A stretch of DNA of 56,591 nt, taken from an uncultured Candidatus Saccharibacteria bacterium. GTDB lineage: Bacteria > Patescibacteriota > Minisyncoccia > Phycocordibacterales > UBA2100. Below are positions 1 through 8,160 of this stretch, one piece after another. The stretch covers positions 1-56,591 of the forward strand of contig CAZWFX010000007.1 of NCBI GenBank assembly GCA_964633425.1, given 5' to 3'. Each line of letters starts with the position of its first letter. Within the stretch, counting starts at the first letter, position 1. The notes below the pieces were generated by a model that was given only the letters and a program-made list of their open reading frames with translations, was not told the DNA's origin and ran no database searches. The position numbers and the translations under genes are program-made.

Positions 1-54
1 TAGAGCACCTCATTTGCAATGAGGGGGTGACCGGTTCGAATCCGGTAAGGTCCA
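1..54 (+). tRNA. tRNA-Ala(UGC), 3' portion only (5' part lies outside the window); CCA not encoded
   Basis: Anticodon stem cctca/tgagg (8-12/20-24) with 7-nt loop tttgcaa gives anticodon TGC. T-arm is accgg-ttcgaat-ccggt (30-46). Acceptor 3' strand aaggtcc plus discriminator A (47-54) has T at position 70, consistent with the G3:U70 Ala identity pair. Closely resembles the E. coli tRNA-Ala 3' half. Confidence 0.85.
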
Positions 55-105
55 CAAAAATAAAAGCCGCCTTCGGGCGGCCTTTTATTTTTGGGACCTT
101 ACCGG
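42..105. repeat. Long imperfect inverted repeat (31 bp, two 1-nt bulges) pairing the tRNA-Ala 3' end with its own trailer
   Basis: Positions 42-71 (ccggtaaggtccacaaaaataaaagccgcc) are complementary to 76-105 (ggcggccttttatttttgggaccttaccgg) around loop ttcg (72-75). Confidence 0.9.
56..92 (+). terminator. Rho-independent terminator after tRNA-Ala
   Basis: GC stem gccgcc/ggcggc (66-71/76-81) with ttcg loop, followed by ttttattttt. Confidence 0.8.
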
Positions 106-252
106 GGAGGGGGTCGGGGAACGGGAGTTCCCCGTGGAGGAGGGCAGTGAGCGAAGCGAGCGTTGGAAAACCGTGGGTTTCCAAGCTGGTATGGTCCGCC
201 GCCAGAATAGTCGAAGACAGGCTCGTGAGTCACGCCGAATCCGGTAACAGTA

Positions 253-277
253 GAGGCGCATCCACCGGATGCGCCTC
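253..277 (-). terminator. Hairpin downstream of the minus-strand gene 291-899 (terminator-like, no clear T-run)
   Basis: 11-bp stem gaggcgcatcc/ggatgcgcctc with a 3-nt loop, 14 nt past the stop codon. Confidence 0.35.
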
Positions 278-290
278 CTATAGAAATGTT

Positions 291-899
291 CTATGCACCA
301 CCGATCCCCGAAAACGACAGGCGCGGCTCTGCGTATCTCACCGCCTGCTCAACCACCTCATCGAGCGAATCGAAGATCGGAAAGCCGGGGACCGCGAGTT
401 CGAAATTGCGCTTGATCACGCGAAGGCCGGGAAAGTTCGGTTCCGCTCCGATCACAATGCGCAGATCGCGGTTGTGCATCAGGTGTGCCCGCCATTCTCC
501 CAGTTCGCCTCTCGTGTCGGTCGCATACGGCTGACCGTCTGTTCGCTCTTGTTTCTGCTCGGCAAGCCAAAACAAAAGACAGCCGCTCTTCCATTGTTCC
601 GCCGCGAGTCGCATGTAGTAGCGCTCCCAGTCGGTCTGTCGCTCGTATACGCGCATCGGTGACCTTCCCTGCACATGCATAGTTTCCGTGACCAGGCGAT
701 CGTGCCAACGGTAGTGCGGGTGAGCGCGGTCGTACCGGCTCGGATTCACTACGATCAGCTCATTCAGTCGCCGCATCAGCATGTCGGCCATCGTGCTGTG
801 CCAATCGCCCGCACCTTGAATGGGGCCGGCGAAGAAATACAGCGGGTGATCCCGAAGTCCCTCAAGAACGGGATCGGCCTTCGGCAGAATCAGGAACAT
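291..899 (-). CDS. Nucleoside 2-deoxyribosyltransferase-like fold protein (putative)
   Basis: 202-aa ORF. LYFFAGPIQGAGDW near the N-terminus and TRGELGEW later resemble motifs of the Nuc_deoxyrib_tr-like family. GAGGAG lies 6 nt upstream of the ATG. Confidence 0.55.
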   Translation of the reverse strand: MFLILPKADPVLEGLRDHPLYFFAGPIQGAGDWHSTMADMLMRRLNELIVVNPSRYDRAHPHYRWHDRLVTETMHVQGRSPMRVYERQTDWERYYMRLAAEQWKSGCLLFWLAEQKQERTDGQPYATDTRGELGEWRAHLMHNRDLRIVIGAEPNFPGLRVIKRNFELAVPGFPIFDSLDEVVEQAVRYAEPRLSFSGIGGA

Positions 900-1041
900 C
901 GTCGTCTCCTCTGTGTACCGCGCTCACTATGTCATGGTGGATTGCGCCGGGCCAGTACATGAAGATTCCGGTTGAGTTCCTCATATTCGTCTCTATACTT
1001 CGAACGTAGGCAGGGTCAACTCCAGTCACAAGGCGTACACG

Positions 1042-1467
1042 ATGCCCAAACTTGTATCCCTCGACGATGTCGAGCGCACGTTCGAATCCGGAGGTCATCC
1101 GTCCGGCTCCGCTGATCGAAAGATTCACGAACGATATCTGCAAGATGTCATCGCAGATCGAATGTCACCGGAGGCACTGCTGTTCTACGGTTCATGTCTT
1201 GAGCCCGGTGATCTGAAGTTCATTGTTCCGTGGATCGAGGCCATGCGTCGGCTTATTGCCCGAGATCCGTCGATCTCGGTACGCATCCGGCTTCGGCATG
1301 ACAGGTCATTCGCGGACATCGTCCATGACTCCCGTAAGACCGGAGTCGGGCTTCACGAGTTCATGCTGATCGTCGGCAAGCGGCTGCGCGACAACATGAA
1401 GCCCGAACATGCACCGAATCCTCGCTTGGAAGCCCTGGTAAAACAGCTCGACTGTTCATGTTCCTGA
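1042..1467 (+). CDS. Hypothetical protein (141 aa)
   Basis: Globular-looking ORF followed immediately by hairpin terminator 1469-1500. Preferred over the overlapping antisense ORF 862-1143. Confidence 0.5.
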   Translation: MPKLVSLDDVERTFESGGHPSGSADRKIHERYLQDVIADRMSPEALLFYGSCLEPGDLKFIVPWIEAMRRLIARDPSISVRIRLRHDRSFADIVHDSRKTGVGLHEFMLIVGKRLRDNMKPEHAPNPRLEALVKQLDCSCS

Positions 1468-1468
1468 T

Positions 1469-1500
1469 AAAAGGTCCGCTCCGGCGGACCTTTCCCTTTG
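1469..1500 (+). terminator. Rho-independent terminator
   Basis: Stem ggtccgc/gcggacc (1473-1479/1484-1490), loop tccg, flanked by A-run and T-rich tail. Confidence 0.75.
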
Positions 1501-1570
1501 CTCGATGGGCACGGGTCGAAGTGTTATAGTTTTCAGACAGGTGTGCGCCCTTGCGGCGCATATCGTTTTC

Positions 1571-2122
1571 ATGGCGAACACCGAAGACATACAAAAGGCG
1601 GGAGGAACAACTGAAGAGGTGTTTCTCGCTGCATACGAAGAGTATGCCGATGCTCTCTTGCGGCACGTGATGCTCCGTGTGCGCGACAGAGAGCTTGCAA
1701 AAGACATCGTACAGGAAGCCTATTCAAAAACGTGGGTCTACATGTCCGAGGGTAAAGAGATCGAATATCTGCGCGCATTCCTGTATCGTGTCTCGAATAA
1801 TCTCGTCATCGATTGGGCGCGCAAAAAGAAGGCTTCGTCTCTCGATTCACTGATGGAGGACGACGGCTTTGAGCCGGCAGATGACAACGTAAAAGATTTC
1901 GCGGATGTGCCTGCCGCACGCGAAGCGATCAAGCTCCTCGGCGAGCTCGATGAGTTGTACAGAACAGCGATCACAATGCGATATCTGGACGAAATGTCCC
2001 CGAGGGAAATCGCAGAGGCGCTTGGAGTGTCGGAAAATGTCGTCTCTGTCCGCATTCACCGAGGTATCGAAAAGCTCTCAAAAATGGCCAAAAAAGAGCC
2101 TCCAAAACACGGTTCGAGCTGA
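1571..2122 (+). CDS. RNA polymerase sigma factor, ECF (sigma-24) family
   Basis: Region 2 (DIVQEAYSKTW...RAFLYRVSNNLVIDWARK) and region 4 HTH (MSPREIAEALGVSENVVSVRIHRGIEKL). The start could instead be GTG 1541, which lies 10 nt after TGtTATAGT (1522-1530). Confidence 0.9.
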   Translation: MANTEDIQKAGGTTEEVFLAAYEEYADALLRHVMLRVRDRELAKDIVQEAYSKTWVYMSEGKEIEYLRAFLYRVSNNLVIDWARKKKASSLDSLMEDDGFEPADDNVKDFADVPAAREAIKLLGELDELYRTAITMRYLDEMSPREIAEALGVSENVVSVRIHRGIEKLSKMAKKEPPKHGSS

Positions 2123-2253
2123 AATATCCGTGGGGTACGACGCTTGCACGGAATACCTCGTCAGCGTATAGTTTTCGCAATGTAAGGTTTTCCATTTGCA
2201 TAGCAAGGGAAAGGTTGGTTTACATTTTTTAAAGGAAGAACAGATATCGCATC

Positions 2254-2595
2254 ATGGCAAAGAAGCTTTATGTCGGAGGTTTGCCCTACGCTACCACCGA
2301 CGAGGAGCTCAAGGACGCATTCTCACAGGCCGGAAACGTTGAATCTGCCGTCATCATCATGGACAAGATGAGCGGCCGATCGAAGGGTTTCGGTTTCGTT
2401 GAGATGGCATCTGATGAGGAAGCCCAGGCAGGTATCGACCTCTGGAACGGAAAGGATTTCGGTGGCCGCAAATTGACGGTCAACGAGGCTCGCCCGATGG
2501 AGGAACGACCTCGCAATAACTTCCGCTCAAACGGCGGAAGCGGCGGCTACGGCGGCGGTTCGCGCGGCGGAAACGGCGGCGGACGAAGCTGGTAA
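2254..2595 (+). CDS. RNA-binding protein with RRM domain and Gly/Arg-rich tail
   Basis: RNP2 LYVGGL, RNP1 KGFGFVEM, C-terminal GGSGGYGGGSRGGNGGGR. Confidence 0.9.
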   Translation: MAKKLYVGGLPYATTDEELKDAFSQAGNVESAVIIMDKMSGRSKGFGFVEMASDEEAQAGIDLWNGKDFGGRKLTVNEARPMEERPRNNFRSNGGSGGYGGGSRGGNGGGRSW

Positions 2596-2617
2596 TTTCT
2601 CATTCGAGAAACTTCGC

Positions 2618-2648
2618 AAAAGGGCTCCGGCAACGGAGTCCTTTTGCT
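2618..2648 (+). terminator. Rho-independent terminator
   Basis: Stem gggctccg/cggagtcc with gcaa loop, followed by ttttgcttt. Confidence 0.8.
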
Positions 2649-2739
2649 TTCCCGCCCTGTAATAGAGCCCCGTTCGGCTCGTCTAAGTGCTGTAGGTGCG
2701 CTACTATTGCCTCCATCGGGAAGCGCACAGCGGCAACGT

Positions 2740-3753
2740 ATGGACGATCACATTAAAAACACATTCAAATTTCTCAAGTCCGAAAAGCTGACGGATAACG
2801 AACGCATTCGCATGAAGAATGTTCTGCTTTCCGTTATGGCTGAACACCCGCTGCAAAGCTCTGCCTCTGTCGTGCCGCGTTACGAGCGATTTCTTTCATA
2901 TTTTGATTCCGCATCACTCCGTCCGGTCGGGTTTGTCTTCGCGCTCGTGCTTGTCGTGGGTATCGGCACATCGTACGCCGCCGAGACCGCACTGCCGGGA
3001 GACCCGCTCTACGCGATAAAAGTCGGCATAACCGAACCGATCCAGGGTGTCCTCGCCGTGTCGCCGGTCGCCAAGGCTGAATGGGACACGGAATTGCTGT
3101 CACGCCGACTTGAAGAAGCGGCAACGCTTGCGGCAAAAGGCAATTTGAGTGACGAGGCGAGATCGAAGATCGAGACGCAGCTTGCGATCAAGGCGCAGGA
3201 TGTGAACAACAGTGTCGACCGTTTGAAATCCCGGGATGACGGAGCGGTCGCCGCGGCATCCGTCGAATCCGACCTCGAGGCTTCGCTTGTCGGCCACGAG
3301 CGTGTCCTGACCGGCATCTCAGTTGACCTCCCGAAACAGGCGTCTTCGATTGCGCCACTGCTGCACAAAGTGCGAGCACAAGCCGAATCAACGAACGTAA
3401 AGCGCAAGGCGAGCGAACAGGATGTTGCGACAAAAAGTGAATCGACGGTCAAAGCGGCAGCGACCAATCAGCAAAAGAATGCGCGCAACAAGATTCGGCA
3501 CGTCCGCACACTTGCGGCGAGTGCACATCTGCAGGCGTCTACGACGGCAGAAGCGAGCTCGAGTGCGCAAGAAATTGAACACGTGATAGAGCAGGCTGAA
3601 CAGAAGCTCAATGAAGGTAAGTATGGGGAAGCGTTGAACGCGTTTCAGGCCACGATCCGCGCGGCAAAAGCAGTCGAGGTTAACCTCGATGCGGAAAGCC
3701 GCCTGAGCGACGACATCGAAGCGAACGACGACCACTCCGGCTCCGGCAAATAG
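2740..3753 (+). CDS. Membrane-anchored coiled-coil protein (DUF5667-like; possible anti-sigma or sigma-associated factor)
   Basis: 337 aa from ATG 2740. Single TM helix VGFVFALVLVVGIGTSYAA, then a long Ala/Glu/Lys-rich helical ectodomain. Lies near the ECF sigma gene. Confidence 0.7.
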   Translation: MDDHIKNTFKFLKSEKLTDNERIRMKNVLLSVMAEHPLQSSASVVPRYERFLSYFDSASLRPVGFVFALVLVVGIGTSYAAETALPGDPLYAIKVGITEPIQGVLAVSPVAKAEWDTELLSRRLEEAATLAAKGNLSDEARSKIETQLAIKAQDVNNSVDRLKSRDDGAVAAASVESDLEASLVGHERVLTGISVDLPKQASSIAPLLHKVRAQAESTNVKRKASEQDVATKSESTVKAAATNQQKNARNKIRHVRTLAASAHLQASTTAEASSSAQEIEHVIEQAEQKLNEGKYGEALNAFQATIRAAKAVEVNLDAESRLSDDIEANDDHSGSGK

Positions 3754-3786
3754 TCATACATATCCACAGAGGCGCCGCGTAATCAG

Positions 3787-4167
3787 ATGCGCGTCACTCA
3801 TAATGAACGCATGCGTCTTCGCGCGCTCTTCGGTTGGGGGATCGTGATCTATGCGGTCTTGAATCTTGTATGGTCCGTCATCGTGGCCAACGGATTTTCC
3901 GATAACCTCATTGCGCGTGTGTGCATGATCATCGCGATTGTCGCGCTCGCGACAATTGCCACTCGCTCCTTGCGTCTACTCAGCGAGCGGGATGCTATTC
4001 CGTTCGCGATCGGATGGGTTTTGATAGCGGCCGGATTTGATGCGCTCCTCACGGTGCCGATTGCAGGGTGGTCGGTTTTTGCAGACCCGAATACGTGGGT
4101 GGGTTACGCGCTGCTGCTTGCGGTACCGCTCGTGGTTGCGGCTGTATCGAAGCGTCCGCTTGATTAA
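3787..4167 (+). CDS. Small integral membrane protein (about 4 TM)
   Basis: 126-aa hydrophobic ORF with four predicted helices. Confidence 0.6.
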   Translation: MRVTHNERMRLRALFGWGIVIYAVLNLVWSVIVANGFSDNLIARVCMIIAIVALATIATRSLRLLSERDAIPFAIGWVLIAAGFDALLTVPIAGWSVFADPNTWVGYALLLAVPLVVAAVSKRPLD

Positions 4168-4169
4168 CT

Positions 4170-5315
4170 ATGGGGCCATTTGCAGCACACCGGTTTCTTA
4201 CGCGCGGGGCACTGTCCGCGGTCAATGTATTTTCGTGGCTGTTTATTTTTCAGTATTTCTTTATCGCCACAGGAGGAGTGCTCTCCGCGCTTGTTACGAC
4301 GGCGTGCTCGTATGCGTTTGCACAAACAGTCGCCATTTTGCTCACACCGTACACCGCGCACCGTTTACGACACGGTATACGGGGAATGCTGGTAAATGCG
4401 CTCATTGCGCTTGCGTCCGCGTACGCAATTCTCGCGCTCGGATTTTCGGGCATCTTAGGTTCTATACCGCTTGCGATCGTTCTCTTTGCTGCCGCTATGG
4501 GACTCTACCGTGCGCTGTACTGGATCCCGTATGAGCTTGCGGCAAAAAAGCATTCCCGCGGCAGAATGATGGACATTGCGCTCGCATGTATTCCTGCAAT
4601 CTCCGGTTACGTCATGACGCTGTCCTCGAGTGCGCCGCTCATTGTGCTTTCAGGCGCTTCACTGGTAGCGCTTTCCGCGATTGTTCCGGTATACATGTTC
4701 CGAAATACGCACGAAGGTTTCAGCTGGTCGTACCGGGCCACGTTCAGGCACTTGTTTACTCACTCACATCGCAGACCGCTAATTCAGGCCATCTGCAACG
4801 GGTTCGAGGGAGCGGCACTCTTGCTGTTGTGGCCGATCGCCGTACTCGTCATGTTGAAGTGGTCGTATGCGGCACTTGGTCTTGTCCTCACAGCGACGTA
4901 TCTGAGCACGATCATTGCCCGGGCTGTACTTGCTCGCTATCACCATCATGCTGAAAAGCGACTCGTTCTGTCTGTGCTTACGATTACCGGCTGGATGTTG
5001 CGCGGTACGGTTGCCGCTCCGCTTTCTATCGTGCTTGTTGATACCTACTACCAGTCAGGCAGCGGTATATCACAGCGCGGCGTTGACCTGCTGACTTCGG
5101 AGCAATCCGCAGATAGTAATTCGTATGTGGACGAGTTCACGGCGCTCAAAGATATGGGGCAGGGGATCGGGCGCGTGCTCTTTTGCCTTATGATTGTATT
5201 TCTCTCGACGATGTTCAGCTTTGCAATGCTTGCGCTTGTGCTGTTCGGCATCACCTCGCTCGTTGCCGTCTATTCCATCGTTATTTCGCGCGCACCCGCT
5301 CGCCACGCGTTCTAA
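4170..5315 (+). CDS. Polytopic membrane protein (transporter-like, unassigned)
   Basis: 381-aa ORF with about 10 hydrophobic helices. Starts 3 nt after the previous stop. Confidence 0.7.
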   Translation: MGPFAAHRFLTRGALSAVNVFSWLFIFQYFFIATGGVLSALVTTACSYAFAQTVAILLTPYTAHRLRHGIRGMLVNALIALASAYAILALGFSGILGSIPLAIVLFAAAMGLYRALYWIPYELAAKKHSRGRMMDIALACIPAISGYVMTLSSSAPLIVLSGASLVALSAIVPVYMFRNTHEGFSWSYRATFRHLFTHSHRRPLIQAICNGFEGAALLLLWPIAVLVMLKWSYAALGLVLTATYLSTIIARAVLARYHHHAEKRLVLSVLTITGWMLRGTVAAPLSIVLVDTYYQSGSGISQRGVDLLTSEQSADSNSYVDEFTALKDMGQGIGRVLFCLMIVFLSTMFSFAMLALVLFGITSLVAVYSIVISRAPARHAF

Positions 5316-5323
5316 AGCGAAAA

Positions 5324-5348
5324 GGGCAGGAACGCATGCGTCCTGCCC
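5324..5348. terminator. Bidirectional hairpin between convergent genes
   Basis: gggcagga...tcctgccc stem between the stop at 5315 (+) and the stop at 5348-5350 (-). Confidence 0.65.
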
Positions 5349-5680
5349 TATACGAATCCGTGCTGTTGCAACCAGTCGCGGTGTCTTTTTTGTGCTTCTG
5401 CGCTCCTCCGTCCGAAGATCTTGCCCAGGCACTTTTTGTAACCTGCGCGCTGCATCGGATTGAGGAATGGTTCAAATCGCTCCTCTGTATCCAACACATG
5501 TTCGAGCAACTCATCGAACTCGGAGAACGGATACATGACGGTCACGTTGGCCATCATGCGCTCCACCGCGTGCAGATCGAGCGAGACGATGACTCCTCGC
5601 TCTCGCATCATTTCCTGTTCGGACTCTTGGATGTCCGAACCGACCTGATCGCAGTCGTGGTAGTAGATGTCGTCGCTCAT
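5348..5680 (-). CDS. Hypothetical acidic protein (110 aa), second gene of a coupled pair
   Basis: Its ATG (5678-5680) overlaps the upstream TGA (5680-5682) as TGATG. Protein-like composition (MSDDIYYHDCDQV...). Confidence 0.55.
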   Translation of the reverse strand: MSDDIYYHDCDQVGSDIQESEQEMMRERGVIVSLDLHAVERMMANVTVMYPFSEFDELLEHVLDTEERFEPFLNPMQRAGYKKCLGKIFGRRSAEAQKRHRDWLQQHGFV

Positions 5681-5919
5681 CACGCGACACGCGAGGAGCT
5701 TTTGCGAACGGCGGCTTCGGCCCTTCGCTTCGCTGCACTGCGCCTCGTCATCTCTGCCTGAATTGCGGCAAACATCTTCTGACGGATGTCGCGACCGCAA
5801 TTGCCGTCGATGACGCGCCAGATGCGATTGGACTTTGCAGCCCATGACTGATCGCTCGACGCATCGTTCAGACCGACGACTTTGTCAGTCAGTTCAGAAA
5901 CACGCTTTTGTGTCATCAT
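5680..5919 (-). CDS. Hypothetical basic protein (79 aa), first gene of a coupled pair
   Basis: GGAGGA SD (5925-5930) lies 5 nt upstream of ATG 5919. C-terminus is Arg/Lys/Ala-rich. Confidence 0.55.
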   Translation of the reverse strand: MMTQKRVSELTDKVVGLNDASSDQSWAAKSNRIWRVIDGNCGRDIRQKMFAAIQAEMTRRSAAKRRAEAAVRKSSSRVA

Positions 5920-6028
5920 CCGGTTCCTCCGGCTTGAGTTCGGGAATACGCTACGCTGCAATCATTATACAACCACCAGACTCCTGTGTCCAGTAAAATG
6001 AGTACAAAATGGCTCAACAGAGCCGAAT

Positions 6029-6481
6029 TTAAGCCAGGAGCTCCGTGACGACAGCCTTTACGTCTGCTCCGTCAGCTGTGCCCGCGAATTCTTTGATGAC
6101 TGCGCCCATGAGTTTGCCCGCTCCGGCAGCATCAGTAATCCCGAGCTCCGCCTTCTTTGCTTCGGCGACTGCCCTGATCGCATCGCGCCCGACTGTTTGC
6201 GGCAAATACACTTCAAGAATGGCCAATTCAGCCGATTCCTTGTCCGCGAGCTCCGGTCGGTTGCCGGCAGTGAACTGCTCAATGGAATCTTTGCGCTGCT
6301 TCGCGAGGCGCTTCAAAACCGTTACCGCCTCCGGGTCTGATAGTTCCTCTGTGGGCTTTTTACCCTTGGCGACCAATTCATTTGTAAACGCGGTCATTGC
6401 GCCGCGGAGTGTGTCGACTTTGATCTGTTCGCGGGCTTTCATCGCGGCGATCATGTCGGTCTTTATCTGGGCTGTAAGCAT
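6029..6481 (-). CDS. GatB/YqeY domain-containing protein
   Basis: Full-length similarity to the YqeY family (IKTDMIAAMKAR...LRGAMTAF...LAILEVYLP...GKLMGAV). Confidence 0.9.
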   Translation of the reverse strand: MLTAQIKTDMIAAMKAREQIKVDTLRGAMTAFTNELVAKGKKPTEELSDPEAVTVLKRLAKQRKDSIEQFTAGNRPELADKESAELAILEVYLPQTVGRDAIRAVAEAKKAELGITDAAGAGKLMGAVIKEFAGTADGADVKAVVTELLA

Positions 6482-6495
6482 GACGGGAGTATAGC

Positions 6496-6528
6496 AAAAG
6501 ACACGACCGCATTCACAGCCGTGTCTTA
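6496..6528 (-). terminator. Rho-independent terminator of the 6526-6711 gene
   Basis: On the minus strand, stem aagacacg/cgtgtctt is followed by ttttgc. The TATACT -10 of yqeY follows directly. Confidence 0.7.
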
Positions 6529-6711
6529 TTTCGTATTGGTCGGTCTTTTTTGAGTCCGACGGAATTTGTTGACGATCGCAGCCCAGATCCGGGATTCCTC
6601 GGAACGGCAGGGGCCGCAGACGAACCGTCCGTCACGCGGTCTGCCCGTGAGCAAGATTCGCTTGTTTCCACAAAGCGGACAGACGCCGTGATGCTTGAGG
6701 GCGACCGCCAT
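6526..6711 (-). CDS. Small zinc-ribbon protein (61 aa)
   Basis: CPLC-x17-CGPC arrangement. Starts 1 nt after the upstream stop. Confidence 0.55.
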   Translation of the reverse strand: MAVALKHHGVCPLCGNKRILLTGRPRDGRFVCGPCRSEESRIWAAIVNKFRRTQKRPTNTK

Positions 6712-6712
6712 C

Positions 6713-6952
6713 CTACACCCGCGTACGCTGTTGGCAGCTGACGTCGATCCGCAGAATGCGCTCGCTATTCGGAGGCGGAGTCAGCTGCTTCTCGTCGTAC
6801 ATCTTTTGCACCTGCTGCGCTGCGAGCATTTTGTTGCGCTCGCAAATATGGCCGAATTGTCGATGGTATTCGCCGCCGGGCGGGTAAATACGGTCGATAG
6901 CTGTGCCGCCGTCTGAGAGCAAGAAGGTGACGATAGCGAGTGTTTCAATCAT
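6713..6952 (-). CDS. Hypothetical protein (79 aa)
   Basis: GAGGGA SD lies 7 nt upstream of ATG 6952. Tightly coupled to the following zinc-ribbon gene. Confidence 0.5.
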   Translation of the reverse strand: MIETLAIVTFLLSDGGTAIDRIYPPGGEYHRQFGHICERNKMLAAQQVQKMYDEKQLTPPPNSERILRIDVSCQQRTRV

Positions 6953-7008
6953 GGGTTCATCCCTCGGTTCTCTCTGTATTTAGCCACAGGGAGCGGGAAT
7001 GTGCACGG

Positions 7009-7017
7009 TGGTACAAT
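7009..7017 (+). promoter_or_regulatory. Extended -10 promoter (TGgTACAAT) for leaderless rmuC
   Basis: TG 7009-7010, TACAAT 7012-7017, ATG 6 nt downstream at 7024. Confidence 0.5.
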
Positions 7018-7023
7018 CCGACC

Positions 7024-8115
7024 ATGGAAATTGTGATTCTTGTCCTCCTAGCGGCTGTGCTCGGTGCGCTGCTGTTCCTCATCGTGCGGAAAGCTCCCGC
7101 GCAAACCGACCTCCAGAGTCTGCACTTGCTGCAAGGCCAGTTGGAGATGCTCCGAACAGCCGTTGATCAAAAACTAGGCGAAGGAACGGACCGCATGTTC
7201 GAAGGTATGCGGGTGCAGTCTGATCAGTCGCAGCGCACGATCTCGCAGATCCAGCAACAGCTTGATGCGATCACGAATCGCGTTTCGCAGCAGCTTATGG
7301 AGGTGGTGAAAGGCGTGACCGAAACAAAAGAATCAACCAAGCAGGTGTTCACGATTGCGGAACAGCTGCAAAACCTCGAAAAGGTTTTAAAGAATCAAAA
7401 ACAGCGAGGCAATCTTGGCGAGGCATCACTTGAGCTTATTCTGTCGAATGTATTGCCCGGACAGTACGAGGCGCAGTACATGTTCAAGGATGGCGAAAAA
7501 GTGGATTTTGCGATTAAGACCCGTGACGGCATTCTTCCGGTTGATGCCAAATTTCCGCTCGAAAACTACATCCGCATCATGGACGAGACTGATGACCAGC
7601 GACGAGAGTTGTATCAGCGGGACTTCAAGAGCGACGTAAAGAAGCGTATCGACGAAACTGCAAAGTATATCCGCGAAGGCGAGGGCACGATGCCGTTTGC
7701 GATCATGTTCATACCGGCAGAGGGTATTTATTACGATCTCCTGAACAGCGACGTGGGGGTGGGCGTGAATTCCCGTGATTTGATCGAGTACGCCTACCAA
7801 AAAAAGAACGTCATCATCGCTTCGCCGACCACATTCCTCGCGTACCTTCAAACGATCCTGTTCGGAAATCAGCGGGCTAAAATCCAAGAAACCGCAAAGG
7901 ACATCATCAAAAACGTTGCGGACCTCGGCAAGCATCTCAATGCATACACTGATTCGCACAACAGTCTCGGCAAATCACTCTCCGCGGCGGTAGGCCATTA
8001 CGAAAAGGCGGGCAAGGCATTCAAGGCTATAAACAAGGATGTGGTGCGTATCACCAACGAGTCGAATGACATAGTCATCGAGTCGGTAGAGAAGCCGACG
8101 CTGCTCGAAGATTAA
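7024..8115 (+). CDS. rmuC: DNA recombination protein RmuC
   Basis: N-terminal TM helix, coiled coil and a C-terminal RmuC nuclease-like domain (DFAIK...LPVDAKFPLE...MFIPAEGIYY). Confidence 0.9.
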   Translation: MEIVILVLLAAVLGALLFLIVRKAPAQTDLQSLHLLQGQLEMLRTAVDQKLGEGTDRMFEGMRVQSDQSQRTISQIQQQLDAITNRVSQQLMEVVKGVTETKESTKQVFTIAEQLQNLEKVLKNQKQRGNLGEASLELILSNVLPGQYEAQYMFKDGEKVDFAIKTRDGILPVDAKFPLENYIRIMDETDDQRRELYQRDFKSDVKKRIDETAKYIREGEGTMPFAIMFIPAEGIYYDLLNSDVGVGVNSRDLIEYAYQKKNVIIASPTTFLAYLQTILFGNQRAKIQETAKDIIKNVADLGKHLNAYTDSHNSLGKSLSAAVGHYEKAGKAFKAINKDVVRITNESNDIVIESVEKPTLLED

Positions 8116-8121
8116 AACGAA

Positions 8122-8145
8122 GAGGCCCGCGTCGACGCGAGCCTC
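8122..8145. terminator. Hairpin between convergent rmuC and the small secreted-protein gene
   Basis: gaggcccgcgtcgacgcgagcctc. The T-rich tail is on the minus strand only. Confidence 0.5.
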
Positions 8146-8160
8146 TGATAGCGAGCCTGC

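Noticed and set aside
27-662. 211-aa + strand ORF starting inside the tRNA-Ala gene.
   Set aside because: It runs through a tRNA, a terminator and several hairpins, then antisense to the better-supported 291-899 gene. Its composition is not protein-like.
862-1143. 93-aa minus-strand ORF upstream of 291-899.
   Set aside because: It starts at TTG without an SD. It overlaps both the 291-899 start region and the 1042-1467 ORF, which has its own terminator. It is kept as a possibility but not called.
5183-5761. 192-aa + strand ORF overlapping the 3' end of the membrane-protein gene and the small-gene pair.
   Set aside because: It crosses the convergent terminator hairpin at 5324-5348 and has no start signals. 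The minus-strand pair has an SD plus TGATG coupling.
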